The notes under the pieces are model-generated. The model made no database searches and was not told where the DNA came from. It worked only from the letters and a program-made list of their open reading frames with translations. A DNA stretch of 63,523 bases, counting the filler, from Choristocarpus tenellus KU-1152 (taxonomy: Eukaryota; Protista; Phaeophyceae), in NCBI GenBank assembly GCA_964200185.2. It is 8 parts of 8 records of this genome, joined end to end, with 100 filler letters (N's around TTAATTAATTAA, not from the genome) between each part and the next. Parts side by side here need not be neighbours in the genome. Positions count along the whole stretch, not along the records: positions 6,727 to 20,634 come from CAXNAD020001327.1; positions 20,735 to 26,035 come from CAXNAD020011227.1; 6 more parts are not named here. One strand, 5' to 3'. The translations under genes were made by a program, and so were the position numbers. Each line of letters starts with the position of its first letter. The first letter of the stretch is position 1. Positions 11,392 through 23,922 of this stretch are shown in pieces.

Positions 11392-14300
11392 ATGGATAGA
11401 TGTTGGCACATAGCCTTACTGCATCTCGTCCTATCAATAGTCGGGAAGAACGTCCTAGCAATTACTGACTGTGGTTCGGGTGCTCGTAGCGCCAGTTCTG
11501 GCGACTATTCCTACGTGATCGGTGATGACGCTGCGTCCTGCGACGCTGCCTGTTCTGCTCATGGTGGTTCCTGCGATAGAAATGGTCTCAACATAGACCC
11601 ACTTACCTGTTGCGGCATACTTGAAAGTCTTGGGGGTTTTGTTCCCTTAACACCGGAGGAGTCATTGTTTGACTATGATACCAATCTTGGGTACACAGTG
11701 AACGGCTCCTACTTCAGAATCAAAATAGATGAGAATGATATGCCGATGATACTAGAAACCTCTGCCGAGTTCGGGTGCATTATCAGTGGCATAAGCAATG
11801 CCACCGACCCAGCTAGCTATGACTCCGGGACAGGAGGCACGTGGTTTGGAAGTGGAAAGCACGACTCTGCGGAGGGACGCCCTTTCAAGGGATCGAGCTT
11901 CTTGTTATCAAGAAAAAATGCCACATGCTCCGGCTCAGTGGACCTGGCACGTCGACTGTGCTCCTGTTCTTTCCCAGTGGGTGTGTCTACTCCTGCTTCA
12001 ACCCCAGCCCTATCCCTTCCACTGAAACTGGCCCCAAGATCAGTCGCTAAAGCTGTCCACAGTCTAGATTTGGTTCGTGTCGACGAGGGGTTATGGCGAA
12101 CCACTGGCAGCTCTGGTGATATTCGTGCGTGTCCAATCCCTGCTCTTTGTGAAGGTGGACTAGGTGGCGGGGACAGTCTCTGTTTGGGAGAAAACCGTGG
12201 ACCATATTGCATGATGTGCTTGGATGGATATATTGTATCCACAGGTGGAGTGTGTGATGAGTGTGGCTCTATAGGAATGCTGTGGACCAGCATGTTAAAG
12301 GTCCTTGCTTTTACTGCTACTGTAATGGTGATGGGTACAATGCTTTGGCCGTGGGCAACCAATGATCAAGCAGGACTCAGCAGTACCGAGATCCAAGTGA
12401 TCTCTCAAATCAAAGTTAGTGCTCTCCAGTCAAGGCAAAATCATCTCGAAGTAGCGATGAAGAAACTCCTAGATCTCCAAGAATTGGTGATGACTACAAG
12501 AGAGCACCTGCACGAAGTTGTGCCTCCTGAACTTATGCCTGGTCTCCAGAACACGCTTGTGACCGCAGAATTGTTTTGTCGCAGGGCTGGCAATGCACTA
12601 CACAGAGCGCAGTCTTTCTCAAAAGAGGTCGAGATCGAGAAGGTATTATCAGCCTCCGATTACCTCTGTCTAGAGCTTGACCAGGTGTCCGCAGTCCTTG
12701 TTGCTCTTGGAGGGGCAACTGAGAGTGAATTGCCAAGACTCATCGACCTGTTAAGGTAAATAGATATGCATGCCAGTGGCAACCTAGCATGAGGCAAGGG
12801 ACAGAAGCCCTCACTTCTCCATTGACTCGCCAAGATACGTTATACCCTGATGCAACATATTTTGGTAGAATTTCTCACTTCCCCACTTCTACCTCTCATG
12901 CCTTCTTTTTTTTATATACTCCGCATATCAGGAAACGACAATTGAATAGTAGCCACCCCTGTACGTTGCTCAATCCCTGATGTTTTCTCAGATTAATCAT
13001 GGCTTCAGTAAGGACTCTCGATCCTACCCAGCACCTCCCATACTTGCCTGTGAACGGCCCAGGAAGTGTGGCTAAGGTTCTCCTATATTTCAGTCAACTT
13101 GTGGCTTTAATGCCCATAGTCAACATGGTCAAATTCCCTGGAAATTTCATCTTCTTCCTCGAATGGCTTGATATTGCCAATTTTTCTGTTGCCAAGGTGA
13201 GAATATACTGTTGAGATATTGACATAATCTTGGTAGACTAAACCCTTCCTCGGATTTTTTTTATCGGAATGTGGTGTATCACACCCAGCCAAGGATGTTC
13301 TCGGAGCATAGCTAACCCTATGTGGCTTACTCCTACTCTGTCAATTATCTCCTTCACCTGCAATGTAGTTTTGACATTTTTCTCTTGAAGAAGGCAGGCA
13401 GGTCTTTCGTACGCTTGGGGAGATTTGTCCTCTAGTAGTAGGGGGCATCAGCAGAGTTAGTCAGCACCTGCATCATTTCAGTGACCTATTTGAGGTGTTG
13501 ATACAATTTTATCCTTCAGGCGATAGAGAGGAGTACATCAAACATCAAACAAGAACCAAGAAAGTCAGAGAGACACTATCTGACAACACTTTAGCATAGA
13601 AGGCCTCATCCTTAATGCTTAATACACACAATCAACACCTGAGCCTGGGGTCATTTACTCCATGTATTGTCTATCTTTGCTCTCTCTCTCGAAATATCCC
13701 CCCTAAAATTTCTCACCTACCTAATAATGACAAATGATGAGTGATGATGCTGGTGCTGGTGTAGGAGAAAGATGGTGGAGAGCAAGAGCTAGCACCAACT
13801 CTCATAAACATCGAGTAAGATATTTTGTGCTAGGAGCAATTGAGTAGTAGTATTTGTAGAGAGTAAGTGACCCAACAGGAAAAACAAACAGGAGCAAGAG
13901 GGATTGGCCCAAGACAATGCTCAACGACACGCCTTCAGTATCATTGTTAGTACCATCATATAAAATCTCTGCTACGTCTATTATTTCACATAAAATCGAA
14001 GCGAGGCAATAGATGCCTGCAACATTACAGATCACAGGTTGCACTGAGAAAAGCCTGTATAGTTTGAACAGGTTGGAACTATAAGTGCTCTTTTGTGGAT
14101 CAAAAGCGTAGGGACTCTTTCTCATAAAATCAGTTATTCTCAATTTTCAGCAGCCCCTGTCTTATCTATCTGGCACTCTACTCTCATCTCGAAAACATCA
14201 TAACCATCCTTCAACACTTCCTCGCAATCACAAGCGCCCAATATCATTTAGCGAACACACCACGCATCATACACCAAACGGTCTTCTCGTGTCCTCTACC

Positions 14301-17300
14301 TGCATCATTTCGAAACTGCATTGCTGTCAGGGCATCTGGTGTAACAGCTCCTTCCCGATCCATTCTTCTTTGGTCAAGTACAATTGAATCGTAAAGTTTG
14401 ATCAATCAACTGTAGAGATGCTATAGCTTTTTATGGTAGAGAAAGAAACATCCTAGCCCTTACTTCTTTGTGGTCTTACGATGGGACCATGTCTATAATG
14501 AAACAGTAGACTTTGATATGTCCAGTCGGTGTTGTGACCTTACAGATGACACCCCCGTTGCTAGAGTTTATGATCCAGTTATGATAAATCAAATATAAAA
14601 ATATTTGTTTAACCCATATCAGAATGTAGTCAAGGATCTGTGGAGAAGTTTGGTTCGGGATGGATAGGTTCAAGTTGGGGGCCGAGGAATGCTTGGAACA
14701 GTCAGCAAATTAATGGGTTGAATCTTGAAACAAGGCAGTAGAAGTGGTTTTCTAGAAGGGTGGGAATGTCAAGAAAAGTGGTGCTCAATGATCCCCCAAA
14801 GTATGCAGTATGCAGTATGAAGGGTGTGGTTGATGTGAACACTTGCACGGTGTAGAGTGCAATATATATTAGCAGAGAGAGGAATGGTTCAAACCTGGTG
14901 CACCTATGCAGTATAAACATAAACAAGAGAGTCACCCAAGAAATTGCCAGAGGGCTGGGGCGTATTTTCTATGTGCCTGCAGTAGATGGTACAGGGAAGG
15001 GCTTCGGGTGAATTGAATTGCGCGTCAGCCCTGCTGCATGTTATATTAATATATCTATTGTCCTTGACCCGTGTCTCTTGATCCCCAGATGATGGACCTA
15101 GGCTGCGTGGTAGGGGGTGACTTCCACAACGAGTTAGTGTTCAAGACAGTAGCCCCACTTTTACTCTTGGTGCTAGTCTGGTGTCCATACGCCACTTCCC
15201 TTCTACGACCCTGCAGCAAAAACGAAACTTCCTTCACGCATTCCTTAGAGGACATCAGCAAAAGGTGTTTGTCAGCCTCTCTTGTTTTGACCTATCTGGT
15301 GCTGGGGCCAGTCTGCAGTGTCATTTTCCGGTCATTCTATTGCGAGGTGAGGTGAGGACAGTACAGGAAAATGCAGAACAACCTTACAACGGATCAGTGG
15401 TTCTAGAGTATGTATGTTGTTGGAGTCATAGATATGAAGTGATGAAAAAATACAAGACTCACAGTCTCCTCCAACTTAAGCCGACTTCTCTTTGCTGTGT
15501 TGCAGTAGGACTATTCATTGCAATCCTTGGACTGTTGTCGCCCAGCTCACTCCCGGATGCAACTATGGTTTCCTGGTAGGAATTTGATGATGGGCGCAAC
15601 TTGCTTCTGGCAGATTATTCCGTGGATTGCGATTCTGTGGAGCACAGGAAGTACTTCTGGCTAGCGTTGGTCATGACTCTTGTGTACCCCATCGGGATTC
15701 CTGCACTGTATACTGCTCTCCTGATGTCGAAGCGGCGTTTACTGTACCCATCTCACGTGTGGGCAAGGCCAAAGGAAGACGTCAGACTTGTTGTGGAGGC
15801 AAGGGATATCAATCACCTGGCGCTGTGGATGCTTTCACCAGTGTTTGCGGCATGTGAGACTACTATCCAGGCCCCACTTGTTTTGCAGCCTACTCAGTAC
15901 GAGAGGGGCAGTGTCGCCAGTTCAGTTATTGAGCATTGTTGTGATTGTGATGCAGCAGGGGCGAGTCAGAGCTATGGGTCAACTGTTTTATACAGGTGTG
16001 CATGCACATGACCAGTCTAGACTCTAGGTATATCTTGTCAGCTCTTGTCACCCACACATGAGGCATATCCAAGACCTTCCACTCCCGTACGTACAGATGT
16101 TCAATGAGGGAGTACATTATATTAAAAGGTTCTTCTTTGGGGTGACAGTGACTGATTGCAGCATACTCGTTGACCCAAAGAGGATAATATTAATTAGCTA
16201 TTCCCAAACTGTAGCGGCAACTGGGATATTGACAAGGTACTATAGATCTCCCTAGACTGTATACCTGCGTCTTACTGGTGATTGGTTAATGCAACAAGAG
16301 AAGAATGCCAACAATGCACGTATACGCGCGTACAAATTCAAATCTCCTGCCCTTCAATCTGCATTACCTGTTTGTGAAACATACGGTTTTGGCAGCCATG
16401 CTCATACTTACTTCCCTCCCTCTTGCGAACCGCCCTAGAGTTCTAACAGTTTTTTACAACATGTTCTAACGTTTTGCATGATCTTTGTGGATATACCAGA
16501 CCAGCCTCAAGTATGGTGGTTTGAGATCTTCGAGAGTGGGCGTCGAATTGTACTTACTGGCGTCTTGGTGGGATTTATACCTGGAGAAACATATTGGCGC
16601 ATACATGCAGCTTTGGTCGTCACACTGGTGAGAATTGCAAAAAACAAAAACTTTTGCCCTTGCACACTATGCTGAGCACCGATTTTATCGTTTACATGGC
16701 GACATGTTGGAGTTTCGGACTTGATGCTCACGCCTTTCCTAACTGTTCCCTTGCAAATAAAATGTTCCACTTCAAATCCAGTTATCGCTGACCGTGCATG
16801 CAGTCTTCAGTCCCTTTATTGACTGGATGGACAATGCCCTTTACACCACTACACAGATCTTGGTAAGTCTTGAAGTATCATCTGTAGCAACTTGAATTTA
16901 GTAGTATCGTTGAGTGTTGATCTGACCCATGCAGGGTTATGCTTGTTCAATGCCATATCCAACTGAAAGATCTTAGTGCCGTGAACATACTTTTTAATCG
17001 TACTTGAAGAAGTAGTATCCCTCAACTGGTTTTACGGGACTTTCTTTCGATTCCGTGTCCAAGTGACACTTTGAGGTGCTTTGGAATAGTATAATGCATG
17101 GCAGGAGGCCATGCTTCATATAGTGCGGACTGCAAATGTATCCTAGAATGTAAGGACTGATGTAAGAAACAAAATTTGGACTAAACAGTCCGCTCAGTCA
17201 TGTACCCTTAGGACAGCAATTCTACTGCATGGTGAATGTTTGAGAGAGCTCACGACCCTTACCATATCTTTCCTCTTTCTCTACTGTCAGACACTTATTA

Positions 17301-17971
17301 TGCTCTTTGTGGGGTTAATACTTGACGCAGAAGAAATATCTGGTGTGGCTGTAGATGCCCTGGATTGGATGCTTCTTGTGCTGAGCTGTGGTGCGCTTGC
17401 GGCTGGGCAGGTCCTGATGGCTATGAAGAAACACTCAAGGAGGAGTAATTTGTCCAAGGTAGGCGACTCAATATGAAGCCAGCCATATCAAACACTCAAG
17501 GGCAGGATTCGTTCGCACTTGTTTTTCCCATTCAAGTTGACCAGCCTTGCGGAAATAATTAACAGATCTATGTGAAAGGGATGTGACAACCCCACATTGA
17601 GATACTTGAACTACCATTGGACAGGATTCAGTGGTGCATCTATGGCAAACAGCGCATACAACTAGTTTCAAGAACCATTACCAAACTTGAACTCCAATTG
17701 TATATGGCTAGCCACGGTTCGATTTATTGAACACCTTGCAGTGTTTGTTTCACGGTGTAGTTATCATCTTCACTGGACGTGCAGTTTGATACCACACATC
17801 TTAAATGATACTCGGTAACATGCGTACTATTTTTGCCTGGAATTTTTTTTATCTCAATACGGTCTGACAGGAGGGTGTGGCGGATGTACTGGGCGTATTC
17901 TTGAAGGTCCATCTTTTGATGAAACGCGCTTTCAAGTCAACACGCTTGTTTCGAACAACAGCTGCCAGAAG
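11392..17971 (+). CDS. Signal peptide + Cys-rich ectodomain + multi-pass (7TM/TRP-like) membrane protein of a family expanded in stramenopiles. Exons ~11392-12755, 12992-13196, 15089-15346, 15580-15853, 16500-16627, 16782-16862, 17291-17458, (17871-17971 tentative); 3' end unresolved
   Basis: Hydrophobic N-terminus (MDRCWHIALLHLVLSIVG); GLWR...CPIPALC...GPYCMMCLDGY; family motifs KVLLYFSQLV, FRSFYCE-EFDDG..LLADYSVDC, YPIGIP, YQPQVWWFEIFESGRRIVLTG, PFIDWMDN. Listed GT-AG junctions preserve frame. Confidence 0.85.
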
Positions 17972-20558
17972 GTGGGCCAACCTTACAGTAACCATACTCA
18001 AAGTAACTCATGACAATCATTATTGCTATCATGGCCAATACAAAATATCGACTGGTTTGACGAAAACCATTTGTTTTCTTTCATGCCCTTGTCGTCAGCC
18101 CTGACCACCCCAACTTGAGGCGATGAACTTTGATCTTCTACTACTTTTTCTTGCCTTACCACTCCACCATATGGTACCGAAACTTTCATATATGAACACC
18201 TCTCTGGGCTTCGTAGAGGAAATCAGACTCTATTCACAAATAAGAGCTTAGAGCTCTACAGTCTGATCAAGTATATATGATGGCGACAATAAATAAAGAC
18301 AATTCTCTTTTCCATTGCAAATACTTTGCGAAGGGTTTACATCTCTGAAGACGTGGCAAGGGTGGAGGCTCCCGATAAATCAGGACTTACATCCGCTGGA
18401 TATGACAAGTCAGATATGGAGAAGGAGGCAACTGAGGAGGATCCTCTAAAGAGTCAAGGTAAGGCCCAAGAATGTTGAGGAAGTTATTATTACCGTTACC
18501 TTTGGGGGATTAGTCAGGTATTGCATCATTTTTCACTACAAAAGACCCCAAACACGATCTAGTATTGTGTTACAGGTGCTGCATCTTGGGATCTTCCACG
18601 TATCATGTGGTATGGCATGGATACGCACGAAACTTCTTCTTTTGTAGTTCTTTACATAAATTGCGATCTGGTGACTAACCTCAAATCCTCAGTCAGGCAG
18701 CTAACTCGTGTATGGTATGGGTGCATGAACCTTGGCGGATTTTGTGTACTTTATGTTATAGTACTGGACAAAAGTGATAATATATATATTGGTGAAGCCT
18801 TACACTGCATAGAGCACCATGTTCGAGATTGCTCGTACTCTAAGATGCTGAACTATTTGGAGGGGTCAGTTGATCAAAATTGAGAAACAACAGCCCACTT
18901 CCCGAGAGGGTGGGGGGCATTCAAATGCATTTTACATTTTTTGTGTTTGTGTCCTCTTTTTCACCTCTAGATTGGGAACAATGATTCCACCAAAATCAGA
19001 GGGGTGCGTAGAAAGTTTTGCGGGTATTGAAAGCTCTCCTCTGATCTTGGAGTTTGTTAGGAGACCTAGCTTCAAAGCTCGTAAAACCTCACAGGGCGAA
19101 TCATTGACTGCACACAGCTCATGAATATCTTGCTATTCTCATGTTGCTATTGAACAGGGACCTTCCACTTCGTTACCAAAAAGGGGCATGCAGGGCTGTG
19201 ATCAGGACGTACTCTCCATAGACCATCTTGGTAGGATGCATAAAGACGAGACAGAATAGAGTGCTGACAGACAAATGTATGCTTTGGGCCACAGGTCTAG
19301 TCAAGGAGATGTTTTCAGTAGGAGGTTTGATCACAGTTCTGGATAATCCAGGTTATATGTGTGGGTCTAGGTTTGAGTGTAACTTATTCTCAGCCAAACC
19401 TCTCATTGTGAGTGCAATGGGGCATATCCTTTAACTCCGGGACCCACCCTTGCGGGTGCTAACCCAACAACCAAAGGTAAGATGTACTATGGTCCATTGC
19501 GGCCTCTCAGTGATTCCATCTCTGCTAACTCCTGATGTGCCCTCCGCTGTGGGGGTATACCTATTGCGCTCCTTCACAGCCTCGTGTGACCACAAGATCA
19601 CCTTGCAAAGATATAAATATCCAAATGAACCAGTAACCTTCCATTCAACACAACGAAATACGGATGAGATACTGCAAGGTGATTGTTGACTGTATAGAGC
19701 TGGTAGTAATTCAGATAGCAGGGTGACATGACAAGAATGGGACATAGAGGTGGATAAGAGAAGGAGAGATAGTCTCCACATATGCCTCTCTCAAAACCTC
19801 TAGTGAGGAGAACTCCATATGGAGTTTACAAAGAGTGCTGACAAGAAGAATGAAATCCCACGAGAGAAGAGAGGCATACCAAGAACAACCAATCATTAGA
19901 GGTGCAACTGGTAGCAGAAGGCACAGATAGTATGGTAGCCTGTATAGTACAGTTATTAAACAAGAGCGTTTCTCGAGTTGGGTTTCTGCTTGCCACGATA
20001 GCAAGATGGTAGAATCCCTGTCCCAATCGCTCAACTTCTGTCGTACAAAACAATAGTACTCTGATGTTTCGGATTACGGGTCTCTTGGGGTGATCAGCAA
20101 GACCTGAACCTCAAGCTTATGGGAGTGCACTTGTACGGCACGCGAGGGTCTAGGTGTGCGTAATAATAGGGGTTCCTGGAAAATGCGCTTTTAATTTGGT
20201 ATCTAATCCACTTGTATTCCAGGTCATGCTATGGATATCTTTTCATCGGTTGAAGGTATTTGTTTCTCCAGCTCTTGTACTTGTGATATTGCACCATTTT
20301 CAGGTCGTTGGCACAGGTCGCACAGACAAGGCAGTGAGTCAAACAATATAATCGATACAGAGTGAACAAATTAAAGATTCAATAAGCAATGTGAGATTAT
20401 GGTATAAGTGCAGCTATCATACTGTGTGATAATGACACTGCTCTAGATGACAGCAACATATTCAATGAACTGAACAATGATGCCTATCTGTTCCTGTGTG
20501 ATTTGATGAGGTGTTGGTGTACTAGTAGCGCAAGCAGCCCACAACACATTCACATTGA

Positions 20559-20634
20559 GTCCCAAAGTATCTGGGGGGGGGGGGGGGGGGGGGGTCTACA
20601 CCAGGGTGCCCTTTGGGACCAAAATCAGGGGGGG
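20559..20634. mobile_element. MITE family B terminus at contig end
   Basis: GTCCCAAAGTATCT + poly-G + CCCTTTGGGACCAAAATCAGG resembles the reverse of the 7890 end. Confidence 0.75.
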
Positions 20635-22317
20635 NNNNNNNNNNNNNNNNNNNNNNNNNNNNNNNNNNNNNNNNNNNNTTAATTAATTAANNNNNNNNNN
20701 NNNNNNNNNNNNNNNNNNNNNNNNNNNNNNNNNNTATTCTGTACGAGAGAAGGAGGTGCACGGACGTCGAGACCCGAATCAACCCACCCGTGGCGACCCC
20801 TCCATCCGGACCAGTGGCTAAGTGAAAAACGTGCCTTCTCCTCCCCTACAGGTTTCCGCTGCCCCCTTTGCAACACGCCCACATCTCACCCAACTGCAAA
20901 GGACAAACATGGAAAGGCGTCGCAATTGCTGGACTTGAGGATGTCAAAAGCAGCACACAGCAAGTGAGTTTGATGGAATAAATGTACACAGTCATTCCAG
21001 AGCATTCAACCCAAGCGCACATAAGGTAAATCTCATCCCCCACTCTCAGCAGACACCACCGCGCATGATGAATGATTTGCCTTACCAACCTCCTTATCCT
21101 AGCTTCAATGGCAACACACGGCATCATGCGTAAACTTAACCATTCAGCCCCAACCCTTGGTGTTCACCTATATTTTTTCCCTCTTATATGCCCCTACATA
21201 CAGAACCCGCGCCGATTCCTCCTCGTCCAACAAACATTTAGAGGCTAAGAATGTAAGGCTTCTATACTATTTCTGAATTCGTTTATATTCAACCAAACAC
21301 ATCATACCGGCGTTGGAATATGGGTTTGGGAAAGAATGATCATTGGACATCTATCCTTGGCCTGTTGACGTCACGCGTTTGATGCGGCACTGTATCAGAT
21401 TTTGCCACCCGATCTTTCCCCCAACACATTCAGTTGCACATTCACAACATGTTACGTAAAACCAGCTGATCACTACATATACCAATCTTCGTTGGCCTTT
21501 CCGTAGGATTGGGCAATTGTTCATCCCCAAATAGCTCTGACCGTGTTGTCCCACCTTCATTATCGGAATGTCGACATAATATTCCAGAGGCATAGTCAAC
21601 ACCATAATGTACCCATCCCCAGAACGCGGTAGGGTCTGTGCGCGGGGGTATAACATAACCACACACCCATCTTGTTTCTCTTAACCCTACTGTATGCAAC
21701 CCTACCTGTATTGTTGCTACCCGCAACCAACGCATGGTCTTTTTAGAACAAAAATACCCGCACATGAAATCACCATATTCCTCTCCAGAACACACACACA
21801 CCCGTCCATCATTACGCAACCTATTCCTATGGAACACTCCATTGCACCAAGAAACCCTCCGCAAAACTATAAGGTCAACGTCGTTATTCCCCACATTTTG
21901 AGACCATGTTCCTTGATACAATCATGAAAGAAATAGGCATACTATTGCAGCCCTGCCAACACCTAGATTTGCATGAAGTCGATGCATGTTAACGAAATCA
22001 TGAGGTCACCATTATTTTGAACGATTGGGATTTAAGATTATACGCATCTCTTGTATTTTCGATAATGCCAGCCACCACGTGCACCACTCTCTCCCCCTCC
22101 CCTCCCAAATTCTGAAACGGTTCTTACGATTGTCGAAGCTTATAAAAACAGTGTTTGTGCTGTTCTTCCCTGAGAACAACATGCACACCAATTACGTCCT
22201 TTGCTACACCCCTTTCTAAACGTCTATCATCACATTGCACATCTCTCCTTAATTTGCATGACACCATATCCCTGGCATACACGTTGACCGACTCAACATA
22301 GTCTTGTTAGAAAATCT

Positions 22318-22465
22318 GAGCCAATGTATCTTAGAGGGTAGAGCTGCGTCCATTTGGGGGTCAAAATACAATGTTGTGATTTTGATGNNNNNNNNNNCAT
22401 GGGAAGCCAAGCCCCACAAATGGACAAACAGGAAAAAAATCGTACCCTCTAAGATATTTTCACTC
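22318..22465 (-). mobile_element. MITE family A copy (internal N gap)
   Basis: GAGCCAATGTATCTTAGAGGG...CCCTCTAAGATATTTTCACTC; 3-bp flanks TCT/TCT. Confidence 0.88.
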
Positions 22466-22593
22466 TCTTGAATCAAGGTCAACAGAGTTCACCAAGTGAA
22501 TTATTTGTACACAGATCTTATGCCCCCTCACAAACATACTTGTTAACATCGTTGCCCTAACTCCCATATCGCATTTTTATGTTGATGTACATA

Positions 22594-23220
22594 AGAAGCC
22601 ACTCTCCCCTGTAGCCAACTCTCATCACTACCTGCAGTACTTCACTGCTCACGTTATCTGTTTTTGCGGAAAGGAATAGATAACCCTTTTCGATTTTTTT
22701 CATTCCAACGAGTAATCATTTCTTTCCAATATTGCACCTCACCTATTCCGAATTTTCGACCATCATTTTAGGATTCACCAACAGAAGAAACCACTCTCCT
22801 CTGTAGCCAATTCTCGTCACTTCCCGCAGCACTTCGCTGCCCATGTTAACATGTTGAAGAAGGAATACATGATCCCCAGTGTTTTTTTTCATTCCAACGA
22901 GTAATCTTTTTCTTTTGAGTATTGCACCTCAGCCATTCCGAATTTTCGACATCATTTTAGGATTCACCAACAGAAGAAACCACTCCACTCTGTATCAACT
23001 CTCATCACTCACCGCAGCACTTCGCTGCCCGTGTTAACCTGTCATATAAGGAATATGTGATCCCCAGTGTAATTTTTCATTCAAAAGTAATCATTTATTT
23101 CGAGTATTGCATCTCACCCGTTCCTCAGTTTCAACATCATCTTAATATTCACCAACAAAAGCCACTCTCCTCTATTGCCAATCCTCGTTACCCAGCACTT
23201 TAGCGCTTCACTGCCCACGC
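22594..23220. repeat. Tandem array of ~185-190-bp units (3 full + 1 partial)
   Basis: CCACTC anchor at 22599, 22791, 22980 and 23162; shared TTTTTCATTCCAACGAGTAATC and TATTGCACCTCA blocks. Confidence 0.9.
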
Positions 23221-23224
23221 CACA

Positions 23225-23590
23225 TTTTTTTTTGCACGACTTTTCTTTTTTTCGAAGAAATAAAGGACCCCCACTAACCGCATGCATTCGTAAGAAAATA
23301 AATCAATCAAGTTTCGAATCTTCAACTATTTCAAATTTTCAGATCCCGATGAACATAAAAATATTTTTTTTTGCACGACTTTTTTTTTCCCAAAAAAGAA
23401 AGGATCCCCACTAACCACACTTATTGAGAAGTAAATAAATTAATCAAGTTTTGCTTCTCAGCTATCTCTAATTTTCATCAAACGTCGGCCGACGTATTTT
23501 GATAAAAAATCCCCACCAAACACATGCATTTCGAAGTAAATAAAAATGAATCAAGTTTCGCTTCTCAACTATTTCTAATTTTCAGATCCT
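23225..23590. repeat. Second, unrelated tandem array (~110-140-bp units, about 3 copies)
   Basis: ATCAAGTTT anchor at 23306, 23443 and 23550; TTTTGCACGACTTTT twice; CCCCAC blocks in each unit. Confidence 0.85.
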
Positions 23591-23922
23591 GTCGTTCGAA
23601 ATTCTGTCGACAAAATGAAAAGCCCTGCAAATTACTTCTTATCCATTTTTCATGTTTAATGTAAGACAGGCATTCTTTTAATGGTGTAAATCACTCTATC
23701 CGCACACACGCATCATCTTGGGCAAACTACTCAATAGCCTGCTCGTTCGCTAAACACCTGTGACATCGCTGCTTGTTTCGTTTTCATCCCTACCTCACCA
23801 CCTTCAATACTCAACCATGCGAAATATATCAGCTTCATACTTGACTGACCTCTCTTCCTCATACCTCCTGACTGAGGACTTTTGTTCGAAGCCACGTTTT
23901 CCAAAATCTTGCACTGCATCAA

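Noticed and set aside
21351-21927. Overlapping ORFs upstream of the tandem arrays as a partner gene of the ParB-like gene
   Set aside because: No diagnostic motif (methylase, transposase or helicase) could be identified; left uncalled.
22594-23590. Possible CRISPR-like array
   Set aside because: Whole units are homologous, with no unique spacers or constant short repeat; no cas genes; eukaryotic context.
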